Shown: piece after piece, positions 53,050 to 64,000 of the stretch
How positions within the stretch are numbered: the stretch's first letter is position 1
Layout: every line of letters starts with the position of its first letter
Assembly (NCBI GenBank): GCA_030704615.1
Contig: CM060732.1
Location: 19,282,001 to 19,346,000, forward strand
Direction of reading: 5' to 3'
Length of the DNA stretch: 64,000 nt
From: Takakia lepidozioides
Lineage: Eukaryota; Plantae; Bryophyta
The notes under the pieces: model-generated
The model's input: only the letters and a program-made list of their open reading frames with translations
Databases searched by the model: none
Told to the model about the DNA's origin: nothing
Program-made: the position numbers and the translations under genes

Positions 53050-55130
53050 TACTACCGCGGATCTTTCAAGGATGTTTCATGAGTTATTTTTCCGATGCGG
53101 AGACGTGTGTGTCATCTCCACAGTACCCTTTGTCGGGATTTCATGAATACAGAAAGAACAGAGGTTGACAGTTGGAGTGCGGGGAGTGCGAAGTTGGCGG
53201 TGTATGTTTCCGAATGAAACTCTGGAGACATCTTGTGCCACCGAATGGCTAGTGAAACCGGAAGATTCCTGAGGGGGGAGAGGGGCCAGAGTGGAATGAG
53301 GACCAGCAGAAGGAACAAAGCGTTTGGGGTATGGGTCTCCAGTCGCCACTGGAACAACTCGTTCTCCTGTTGCAGCTGAAAATTTTACATGTGTGGGTGG
53401 TGTATTTTAGGAACGAAAAGGTAGTCGATTTCAAGGTCTCTCTTTTCCCACGCTTCAGCAGGAGTTGTTTTGTAACCACTGATGACGACAACCAGTGTAG
53501 GAACTTGCATACCTGAAGGGCTACAGCACTTGAGACCGTGATTGCTTTCAGCTTGCAGGCTACATCTCGTCAAGATGGGGCCCTGATTGGCACATCACTA
53601 AGAAAGTAAAGTGTTCTGGACACAATTAGTGGTGTCACAGTACAATAACGTAGATCTCTGTGGTCTGGCCTCAGGTCAACCTTGTGTGGCACCCCTGATG
53701 AGCCAAAACAAGCTTGGACGTGATTTTCTTCCTTGGAGTCCAATTTGAGAAGGGAGGAAGTGCTTGCCTCTAAACATGGGTGCGACGTGGTGATCATAAA
53801 GTCGGTTGGCCACAGCAGTGGTTTGCCACAGGACATGGGCAAAACTCTTCGTGTTCTGCTGGTGTCGTATGATGCTTCTGCTACACAGTTGGATCATGGG
53901 GGCAATACCGAAGATGTACGCCACATTGGCCAGAACTTGCTGGAGAGCTTAGTCATTCGAGTACAATTGTTTGTTTGGTCTAGAGAAATGCAACGATCCT
54001 TTGGTTGCTCTATTGTGGGTATTCAGCAAGAAGTTGGTAGGTTGGAACATTGAGCAGTCTGAGCATTCCCTGGTATTTTGTTGTCTATAGGTGGGCTTGT
54101 ATTAACCTCCAGAGTCACAGGTTCTTGCTGCACACTCAATACAAGGATTAGAGATGGCTGGCAGCATATCTACATGAGGCTCTCCACCTGCGACACACTC
54201 TTGATGTCAGGCTGCTTATTGGGGCCCCACTTTTTTCTTGGATCCTACTTACCTTTGTCCCATCAGCTCGTTGTGGACATCACTTGAAAGTTCAGAAGTG
54301 TGGGCTTATGATTCAATGGATTTGTTGTTCTGCAGCTATAGCTTTGTTAGTCTCAAACTGAACACTTGCAGTTTTGGGTAGAAATTCATTTATAGATCTT
54401 CTAATGTTTTTCATTCTTTATCTAGAACCACTGAACTGTTGCTGGTAATATTTCTTGCTGGGTCACTACTTGCAGTAGTCTTAGCGGAACCAAGAGATAG
54501 ATTGCAAGTACAAAAAAGAGCATTGATATGGCAAGCTGTATTACAGCTTAGAGTTTCAGTCAAGGGATATATAGGCCATGTGGAAGTTGGCATTTGTATC
54601 TTGACAATAGTTGCGAGAACATATAAAGCCTGGCTGCATAGTACAAAGTAAGTTCAGTTGGCCGGAGGCTTGACAATGGTTGATTTGGTCCCTTTTGGTG
54701 GAGACCAAGTGTTCGGTGAAGGTTGATGACAAACAAACACTGCTTCAGTATGCACAACCTGCTGCAAGATATGTAGGAATCGGAATCGGAAAAGCCTGGA
54801 GATCGCAGTCTATTGTGGATGCCACAATCAAAGGAAGAAATGCAGGAGAGGCAGGTGGTCCAATGTTGGAGTAAGAGAGTGCGGTGTTAAGGTAGTTGGT
54901 AAATCAGCCAAGTGTGCTTACGGTATGTTTGATTCCACAACCATGCGAAGCTTGCAATGCCGTGGTGCCAAAGAGGTTAAAAGCTGCAATTATATTGTTC
55001 TTACAGTTGGTGTCGTGAAGGTGACACCAGGAGTCCAAGGGCTATCGCTTGCCAAGAGCGGACTAGTGTGATCAAAAAAAGGATTTCTAGTCAGGCCGGT
55101 GGAGATCTGCTCTCCTAGTTTTAATCTCTC
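53050..55130 (-). mobile_element. Highly degenerate Copia-like gag/protease/pre-integrase relic
   Basis: Fragmentary minus-strand motifs (FWLIRGATQ resembling W..DSGAT; knuckle-like and pre-integrase-like stretches). Confidence 0.4.
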
Positions 55131-55727
55131 GTATTTATTAAGGACAAGGTTCTCACTTGTCAGCGTGCTGATTTTTCAGTGAACCTGTTGTCCCGAACTA
55201 ATCTTCCCGTGGGGGTTGGTTTGTGAGGGTGGGTAGCGGGTGAGCAAGCGCACGCAACCAAAACAGGATATCCTACATATTCTGGGAATGTTCACAGAAT
55301 CTGTTATGGCAAAACCAACTTGTACGTATTCGCCCCACAAAATTGTGAAACTGTTTTAAATTTCTGCGCACGTGGGAGAACAATAGTACGATTCCTTTTT
55401 TGAAGAAGATATTCATCTGAGAAAAATAAACTGAAATGAGTTTCGTCAGCGAAACATATTCAGTTTGTTTTTCTTTTTTTTCAAACCAACGAACAAGTTT
55501 TTCGATTTCCATTTATTATTATTATTTACTTCGCCAACGAAACTCAGATAAATGTGATACTTACATTTGTGTCATCCGTTAGCGATTATCATTCGCTAAC
55601 GAAATGTCATCGGATATGATATCATTTAAAAAGAGAACTAACTATTAGATATTTGCTTCTCATGGTATGCTTGATGGCACTACTAGGGTTTTAACTTTTT
55701 TTCTTTCAATAAAATAAGAATAAAACA

Positions 55728-57785
55728 TTTTTTTTTTATTTTTTTATTTTATTTTTGAAAGGGACAGAAGCCCTGTTGATCAAATTAAATAAGAAAGAGT
55801 TACACTGGGGTGGAAAAAATAACCACCCGGGGGGGGGGGGGGGGGGGTGTGAGGCTTTCTGAGGGGGAACTTCCCCGGAACCATAGGGAACATGCTAAGG
55901 GAAAGGAGCAAAGAGACTCAGAGATGATTTTGAGAAGGAGGGGCCGAGAGAGTGATGCAAGGGGCCGGGAGAGATGTGGTAGGGATGGGGGGGGGAGATT
56001 AGAGGCAAGGATCCACAGTAGGGAAGTAGACAATGTCGGGAAAAAGCAATGAGATAAGTCTTGAAAAAGACTTGAAACCAGCAAGGGATGCCAGGGGATG
56101 GTGGTAGTAGATTTTGAGGGTGATGCAACTCGGAACCGTCGCAGAGGCGAATGCAGATGCCAGACTTCTAGAACTTTAGCTACGCGCGGAATTCGGGGGC
56201 TCTAGCATGTTTATGGCACCAGTTACAATCTCCCTCATCACCTTCACTAGGGGACCTCCAATTGAGAGGGGATGGAATGTTGCCATGTGAATTTAGAGTT
56301 GGAAAAACTGGCGCCGAGCATGCTGCAATTGCCCCGGGTGTCATGGAAGTCTTGAAGCAATTTCCTCCCTCGATGCTCCGAAGTTCTGGAAACAGCTGCA
56401 CAGACAGTTAACCAAGCCTTCCGCCCCTCAGTCAACAGATCTTGGTAAGTATTGAATAATACCGATCTACCCCTGGGGGGTTTTTCCCTCATAAACCCAA
56501 GCACATCTTGTTTTCCATAAGTTCCACAAGGTAAGCGCTCTAAAGCAGCCCAAACCGGGCAGATAGTCTGTACTTGACCCACGGTGAAATTCAGAAGCAA
56601 CAGAGAAGGTGGGGAGGGAGACGGGAAGCTATTCCAGCAGGAGTAGAAAGCAAGAACCAAGTCCCAGACTCTAACAGGCAGATTGCAGAACAACAGGCAG
56701 TGTTCAATGGTCTCGGGAGAAGAACCACACACAGAGCAGTTATGGTTGTCATCATGGGTGCGTTCTCTGACTGGTAGAATTCTATGCGCGATTTTCCATA
56801 GAAAACCGGATAGCCTGGCTGGTCTGTCTTTTCTCCAGATGTCTCTCCAAATTTTGTCCCATCTATGGTGGTCTAGCAGCGGGATGTTCCATTTTGCTTT
56901 CCACTTGAATTCAAACAATCAGGGGGGGGGGGGGTTAAGAGAGAGTATCCCTTTTTCACAGAGTACGCGAAGAAAGGGGTCTTTTTCTTATCCATCCATC
57001 TCCACTCCCCGGGATCGAATTGCAGGTCAACCAGTGGATAGCTCAAAAACCAGGTGAGGTTTTCTTGTCTTGCCCATTGGGGCTCCATGCCTTCTGGGGG
57101 TAGCGGGTTTGGGTTGCCCAGATTATCCCGGACTCTGATGAGAAAGAGGTCAGCCTTATCTGCTTCCATTCTTCCTTGATACTGAAGAAGACCATCCCTA
57201 TCAGCAGAGAAACCCAGACCTGTTGCTCTAACACCTTGGCAGGCTGTGACCAGCATGACAGGGGTCTGAATCTGCTGACTGGTGGGCATCCAAGTGGGTA
57301 TCTTTATGACCAATGCATCAGCTAGAAGGGGCTCCATGTACTGAGGTACATTTGCCAAAATGGTGTCCCAGGTTTTAGCTCTTATGTTCCCAACCATGGT
57401 GGCGACTTGCGCCCTGGATAAGAACTGATGATGACAACGCATGTTTGATATGTGCATGAATCTAGTCTGCTCCCAAACAGCCCACTGCGAGGCCTGCGAA
57501 AGAAAAATGTCCGAATCCATGTTATAATTAGCAAAAATAGGCTGTCTCAAACACTCCTAGTGAGTCAGAGGCATCCGCTGCGTGAGATTGCCTCTCATGC
57601 CATGCCAGGCCCTCCATATAGACTGCCACGGCTTGGAGCCCAAGGTAACCGCTTTGTTTTTACCTTGAACAATCCATCTCAAGGATTGAGTCCATAGGCT
57701 TGAGGATGTGGGGATCGACCCCATCAGGTAGGGTTGTATGAGCTTGCTCCATGGAGTGTTTCTATGCTCAATGGTTCTAGGGATC
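55728..57785 (-). mobile_element. L1 LINE 3' part (zf-RVT, 3' UTR, A-rich tail)
   Basis: FLWKIAHRILPV...CSVC...ETIEHCLLFC; T-rich tail on + at 55728-55756. Confidence 0.9.
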
Positions 57786-58168
57786 AGCGTAGCTACGGCG
57801 TGAGCCCAGCCCCGTGAGCCTGGGAGCTGAGCTCACGCTTCAGGGAAGCGTGAGTGGCACAAATGTGCTGGAGAAGCAGGCCCTATAGGCGAGGATTGCA
57901 GGAAGAGTACCTATTACTGTGGACAAACGTGGACAAAACAAAGGGGCCACCATGCACCATGTCTGCAATGTCTGCACAAAAAGAGGAATATGAACATATG
58001 GCAGATTTGAGCTCAGAATGATTGTCACACTTTATTTCAATTCACAGATAGACACCTGTTTGTGCCCCCCTGGTTCCGCGAACGAAATGTATGTGGTTGT
58101 CCTACATGCAAAGACTCCACACGATAAGCTGGAAACCAGCACGGGAAGTGGGCATGGCTCATTTCTGT

Positions 58169-60398
58169 TCACACAGAATCTAGCGGAGCCCCACGGCAGG
58201 TGTCCCGCTGCAGAAGAGTGATGAACTCTCCATAGCCTAGTGTGGCTTGGTGAACGAATTGGTCTCTCTTACCGTCGCAGCACATAATTATAAGGTATAT
58301 GTAATATTGATGCTTGCAGGGGACCCACTTCCCTCTCATGCTGAGAGCGCCCTCACGCATCGTTACAAAATCCGGGCAGGTGCACGCACGGAAATTCCCC
58401 ACGGTAACCTGATATTCTTTGTCATAAAGAACTGAGCCAGTAGACAACACTGTGTAAATCCGTCCATACCCCGGGGGCGGGACTTCGGTGATACGTGTCA
58501 CCCGAGCCTGCAAAATTCTAGCCGATTCCATCTTGCAGTCGTGATCTGCACCCGAAGCGACACGGCGCACTGTTTTTCCATCTCTTTTTGTTGGGTGGGA
58601 GTCGGCACCGGGTGGAGGCATTGCAGATCATGTGGCACATCTGTGCCTAGAGTGCATGAGGGCACGACCGTGTAAGGCGGAACCCTCCCTCCTCCAGCAT
58701 GCTTATCTCGGTTGATGACAGCGACGTCCCAAGTTTCACAGGCCAAATTGCGGGCGGAGGGGGCTTCATTATCACCGATGGACGAACTGTTCCCTTGATG
58801 CATCGTGCCATATCGTTTGGGCAGAACCAGAACTTCCAGTCCTTCGACTCCCCACTGTGATAAGGTCGGAACAACCCTGTGAATGTTGGAGCTGGAGTCC
58901 CCCTAGAGCCTTTACATATTTTTTATTTGCATTTCTTGAAAGAGGGGGTCCGAATTGCCATGCAAGCCACTCTAGATGCTGGTGGGGTGCGTTCTATATG
59001 CCACTCAGTGTCAATGCAATCAGATTCTTGCACCAAGGACACCACCTCCTCCAATGGGATTCATGCTGTTGTGCTTGCATGATTTGCACCTGCTCCACTA
59101 GAAGAGGACCCACCTGGGAAGGGGCAGCACATGACTTAGTCTGCACCGGAGACACCTTAGGTACAGAGAAATTGACCCTGTCCGGGCGATGGGAATCTCC
59201 ATCCGACCCTGGAGAAGTGTTCAATTTCCTTTTGCATGATCCAAATGTTTTCTCGCCTTCCAAATGGGGGACCTTGGATTGCAAAGGGGAGCCTTCAGTG
59301 CACCTATTCAGAGCTCTCACCATCTTTGATGGGTCTCCGGACCTGTTCGCAGCCCTTAGCATCAACAAAGTCATATCAGGGCCCTTGCCTCCGCCCCGTC
59401 CCATCAGAAAATTGCGGTATCTGGTTTGTTGTGTAAGTGCCCGCACCATATCATCGGCAGTGGCAAAGTCAGGTCCTGCTTTGGTAGACTGCTGCATCCA
59501 GGTGTTGTGAACAGTCTCCGCCAAATTGCAGGAAGGCATGTCGGCGAAGTCCTCCAAGGACATGTCCCACAGGAGGCATTGAACGCAAATGTGAGGAACG
59601 AAAGAAAATGGAAGAGGTTCTGCAAGTGACAATCCAACAAGCCCAAAGGAACAGGCACGATGCAAAGTGAAATTTGTGTTTCTTGGATTGAAAAGGCATA
59701 CCGTCGTCATGAAAGCTCCCCACTGTCTGTACCTGAAGTGCCAGAAAATCAACCAGTCCTCCAACTCCTTCAGTTGGATCCCACTAGCAACACCAGAGGA
59801 GAACCACCAAGCCCGGATTGCTTTGTAAGTGCTTCTCCCATTGAGGTGACATTTTTGTACTCGAGGCAAAGCCTTCTGTGCTCCAACTGAAGGTCAGGTC
59901 GAATGCAACGCTTTGTATGACGTGCCAGAGATTGACTCTAATGGAAGAGGCATGTACGCTCCCTATTGAACCGTGTCCGTCATGTTTCTTGTCCATGCCC
60001 TACAGAAGCCCAACTAGTCCACTGGAAGACGTGGGAGGGTGGAGCTCAAGCAAAATGTCCCCGTCAAACTCTGCTGCTCCATATTGAACCCTATGCACCC
60101 GAAGGGACTCCCAATCAACAAAACACAGCTCGCTCTTACACCCAGGCACCCCTGCGAGGGCTTTCAATTTCGGAATGACACTCGTTATCTCCTGCAATTT
60201 GTCATCATCCAAGAATGGAGTCTGCACTGGCGGAGGAATCTCATAAACATCCTCCGAGGACGAGTCTGACAGAGTCACGAATGTAGTGGATATGCTCACC
60301 TCGCTTTTCACATGAACTATGTCATTCTGCTGCACGACCGATGCTGCAGTGCCAGGGGTAACTACTGATCCTGCCAACCAATAGTTTTGGCAACGCAC
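58169..60398 (-). pseudogene. SWIM-finger MULE-like transposase, 5'-truncated and frameshifted
   Basis: YQVTV....CTCPDF...PCKHQYY (SWIM); WLIFWHFRYRQWG; CNLAETVHNTW. Confidence 0.75.
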
Positions 60399-61040
60399 AC
60401 TATTTGTGCCCCCCTTTCCGGTTGTTTTTTTACTTCAAAATGGGCCACAAAGGGCCAGTATGCCATGCTCAAAATACCCCTAATTGGAAGCCCCAAACAG
60501 TGTTTGAGGCCCCCTCTCTACCTGTTTTTTATTTCAAAATGGGCCATGTTTGATGTCTAAATGTGCCACACAGGGCCAGTGTGCCAAGTTCAAAACACCC
60601 ATAGTTGGAAGCACCAAACAGTGTGCGGCAACGCACACAGTTTGGGCCCCCCTTTCCGGTTGTTTTTTTTACTTCAAAATGGGCCACAAAGGGCCAGTAT
60701 GCCATGCTCAAAATACCCCTAATTGGAAGCCCCAAACAGTGTGCGGCAACGCACACTGTTTGGGCCCCTATTTCCGGTTGTTTTTTTATTTCAAAATGGG
60801 CCACAAAGGGCCAGTATGCCATGCTCAAAATACCCCTAATTGGAAGCCCCAAACAGTGTGCTTCAAAGCACACTGTTTGTGGCCCCCTCTGTGCCTGTTT
60901 TTTGATTTCAAAATGGCCATGTTTGATGTTTAAATGTGCCACACAGGGCCAGTGTGCCTAGTTCAAAACAGCCGTAGTTGGAAGCACCAAACAGTGTGCG
61001 GCAACGCACACTGTTTGTGCCCCCCTTTCCGGTTTTTTGT
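60395..61040. repeat. Tandem array of roughly 120-bp units with palindrome ACAGTGTGCGGCAACGCACACTGT
   Basis: About 5 units in two alternating variants. Confidence 0.9.
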
Positions 61041-61166
61041 TTGTAAATCTGCCTCCTTGTTCCTCTTCTTGGTGGTTCTCGGATGGAGTTGCATAAGTCG
61101 TTCAAATGAATATGTTGGTGCCTGGTTTTCAAGCTTCTTAGATCTTTCTGGATGTCCTGTTCGCAG

Positions 61167-62140
61167 ACACGTTTGTTTGAAGTTGTTTGTCTCGTCCGAG
61201 TGCATCCACCTACGACTCCAGCCGTCATAAGGGAGTTCGCCATCACTCATGGGGGAAAATTCATAGATGAGAAGACAGATCCTCCCACGGATGACATGCA
61301 CCACAAGTACGTGGACAACAACGTTTGCTTGCAAAGGGGGAATGGGGTCCTTGGAGAGGGGCTAGGGAGAGGAGTCCGACTTTCATTCAAACGATTGTGG
61401 AGTGCTGCACCTACACCGACGCCAGAGTTCTGGATTTGTCAATGGGCACAGGTTCGTCTCTTCAACATTCACATTTGATCGGGTTTTTTGAGCTTGCACT
61501 TTTAGCGCTTCTCACCGTTCCAGATGAGTCTTCAATATCTATTTCCTTCCTTCTATTCCATTGCAGGTACTTCGTACCACGCTTGCAAGGCCAGTGCGCG
61601 ACATCTCTTCGGGATTGAAGGGGATGCCGAAATTTACAAGAACCTCCTGATGGGTTTGGGTGGACAAACTTCTCAAGTCCTTCCAAAGCCACTTCTCGGC
61701 GATATTGATATAGGGGAGACGTCCGACAAGGAGCTTGACTCCGACTTTGCTTGTGAGTAAGTTCAACCTGTGGATGCTTGCATTCTTGTTTCACTGGAAT
61801 CACTGTTCTTAAGGCAAGGTGCACATGGGAGACATCCTCTTCGTTGGACTTGTGCATAGCATCATTGCATTCAAAATGGGTTTTTGTCGACTTGTGCAGG
61901 AGTCCGTGTGCTTCCACTGACCCTCCAGGGCTATCACAACTTATTGGACTTCTTTCAAGTCCTCCTCAGTCTTACATGCTACCCGTCTATGTGGAGGCAC
62001 TTGCAGCAAGCATGTCCATTCATGACACTCGCAGTCCAACCATCGACGGTCGTGGTGGAAGACGTGGTGTTGGGGCCGGAATCTTTGTGGATGACATAAC
62101 ACAGGAGGTCGATTATGATTCTGATGACTTTGACACTTGA
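61167..62140 (+). pseudogene. Spliced cargo gene with the SAM-binding half of a beta-class N4/N6 DNA methyltransferase-like domain (exons 61167-61451, 61567-61756, 61900-62140)
   Basis: Spliced reading PWRGARERSPTFIQTIVECCTYTDARVLDLSMGTGTSYHACKASARHLFGIEGDAEIY; both introns are GT-AG and in phase; frameshift near 61348. Confidence 0.7.
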
Positions 62141-62856
62141 TATCAAGTTTTCTTTTACTTTTATTCGGGGCCAATTTTGAGATGGGATGGTGGTGTGTCC
62201 TTGTTGTCATGTTTGCAATGTGTGCGTGGGATGCAAATTCCTGGGATCAAACTATCATTGGAGATAGGGGTTGTATGGACTGCCCGTATTGTTCCTTCAA
62301 TCTCTTTAGTGTTTTCCGGAGCTCACAGTCTTGTGTGCATTGCAAAAACAAACAAACGTCTTTGGTTTGGGCAGTGCATTCTCGCATCATTTGTTCGTTG
62401 GTCTCCAAACCATTCCAGCCAGAAGAATGCTTGGTAAATCCACCACGTTAAAGTCCACGTGATCAAAGATCGTTCAGGCATTCTTCTGCTAAGCATCCAT
62501 GATGCTCCTGCACATACCATATATGTTGGCAGGGGTGGTAAGTAAGAAAACATTTCGCAGGGATCCGCTTTGGATGATGTGAGTGTGCACCTGCTCACGA
62601 CGTAGCCACATTCCAATGCAAGGGCTTGGTATGTTAATAACGTCTAAATAGATGCAATGGATAGAAAGGATGGATACAATGGATGTAACACATCCAGTCT
62701 GCATTCCCTGAAAATGGCTGATCAACTCGCGGTAATAGGTGACACCCGCGGAAATAGGCCCTGTATGCATGCTGACGTGGCGTGAGCCTGTGTTGGGCTC
62801 ACGGGCTCCTAGGCTCACTAGCTCACGCCTCCGGGCTCACGGAATAGCACCCCCCC

Positions 62857-64000
62857 TCTAGGGATCCACTTTGCCAACAGTGCCTTAAACTACGCCGAGG
62901 GGTCAATGATACCTAGTCCACCTTTATTTTTCTTTTGGCACAATTGGTTCCATGAGAGCAAAGCCCTTCTTGATGGGGCTGCAGAAGTAGCTCCCCATAT
63001 GAAATTACAAATGAGTGCCTTAATTTCCTTGACCATGGCCTCATCTGGGTCCCAAACCGCCGCAGAAAACCACATTGATGCCTCCAAAACCTGGTTAGCA
63101 ACTAAAGCTCTACCCATAATGGAGAGCATTGCAGCACTCCAGAACGCCAGGTTTTTTTTTAGCCTAGCAAGCACATCTTTGAAGCGGTCATGATTTGACA
63201 TGTTCAGACCTATTTGATGCCCAACAGCTTGTGCGTTCGGCCCTCTTGCAGCCACCCAAGTCCTATATCTGCCCCCCATGGCTGACAGTGGGTTGTCGTT
63301 GCTTCATTATGCAGCTTGGACAAAATGCCCATTGATTTTTTCCAATTGACCTTGAGCCCTGTAGCCAGGCAGAAGGTGTGCAGAATTTGGAGTGCCTTGT
63401 CAACGTTGGCCTTTGTGGAGTTGTCCAGCAATAGAGTAGTGTCATCTGCATACATCGAGAGTTTCAGCATCTCCGGGGTCAGCGTGGGCAAGTGAAGGCC
63501 AATGATGTCTTGCCTGTAGTGCAACATGTGACCCAGCGAGTCCGCCGCTATGAGGAAGAGGAAGGGTGCCAGGGGGCAACCCTGCCGCACCGATCTGGAA
63601 ATGCGAAAGGGCCTCGATATAACCCCATTAACCATGACCTTGCTGGATGCTGCATGCAAGAGGATGTGGACCCATGTCAGGAAAGGCCCCCCCAGCCCTG
63701 ATTTCTCCATAGCCCCTTCCAAAAAAGTCCAATCAATGGAGTCAAAGGCCTTTTCAAAATCAAGCATTAAGAAGGCCAAGGGCTGGCTGTTTATTTTTGC
63801 TCTGTGAAGGGGCCTCGTGGGCCAGCAAGATGTTGTCTAAGATCATCCGATCTTTGAGAAAGCCAGTCTGCTCTTTCCTAATAATTTTCGGCAGGAGGGG
63901 CTGCAACCTCAAGGCCAGGGTCTTTGCGATAATCTTGTAAGTTGAGCTTAGCAAAGTGATTGGCCGGTAGTTGGCCAAATCTTCTCTATCTCCTTTCTTA
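62857..64000 (-). mobile_element. L1 LINE RT region (continues beyond the window)
   Basis: NYRPITLL, EQTGF, LDFEKAFD, VRQGCPLAPFLF, YADD, KNKGGLGI. Confidence 0.95.

Larger units (their letters stand above)
57786..62856. mobile_element. Mutator-like (MULE/SWIM) element inserted into the L1
   Basis: 9-10-bp TSD (T)CTAGGGATC at 57776-57785 and 62857-62866; imperfect TIRs rich in CGTGAGCC; removal restores L1 frame KALLAKWIPR/TIEHRNTPW. Confidence 0.88.

Noticed and set aside
60395-61040. CRISPR-like palindromic repeats (also 26436-26740 and 9150-9720)
   Set aside because: The spacers are themselves repeated, there are no cas genes, and the context is eukaryotic TE

Overview
Eukaryotic, transposon-rich land-plant DNA, probably a bryophyte or other non-seed plant (inferred from PPR and repeat style, not proven). 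Host genes: a 3-exon secreted RGF/GLV-like sulfopeptide precursor (19795-21142), a decayed PLS-class PPR editing-factor gene (35560-38720), a BAC2-type mitochondrial carrier (40723-43087) and an ATL-type RING-H2 ligase (49056-51523). The rest is nested TEs: the 3' end of an LTR element, a CACTA element carrying a SET domain, Copia and Gypsy relics, two L1 LINEs, two copies of a RandI/Dualen-like RLE LINE with a chromodomain, a MULE/SWIM element carrying a spliced amino-(N4/N6)-DNA-methyltransferase-like gene, a hAT MITE and two tRNA-derived SINE families. The most striking signal is a covarying multi-helix RNA fold shared by the 3' ends of the RLE LINE (2 copies) and one SINE family (4 copies), which points to a LINE/SINE partnership. 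All calls come from reading the sequence by eye; no searches were run.
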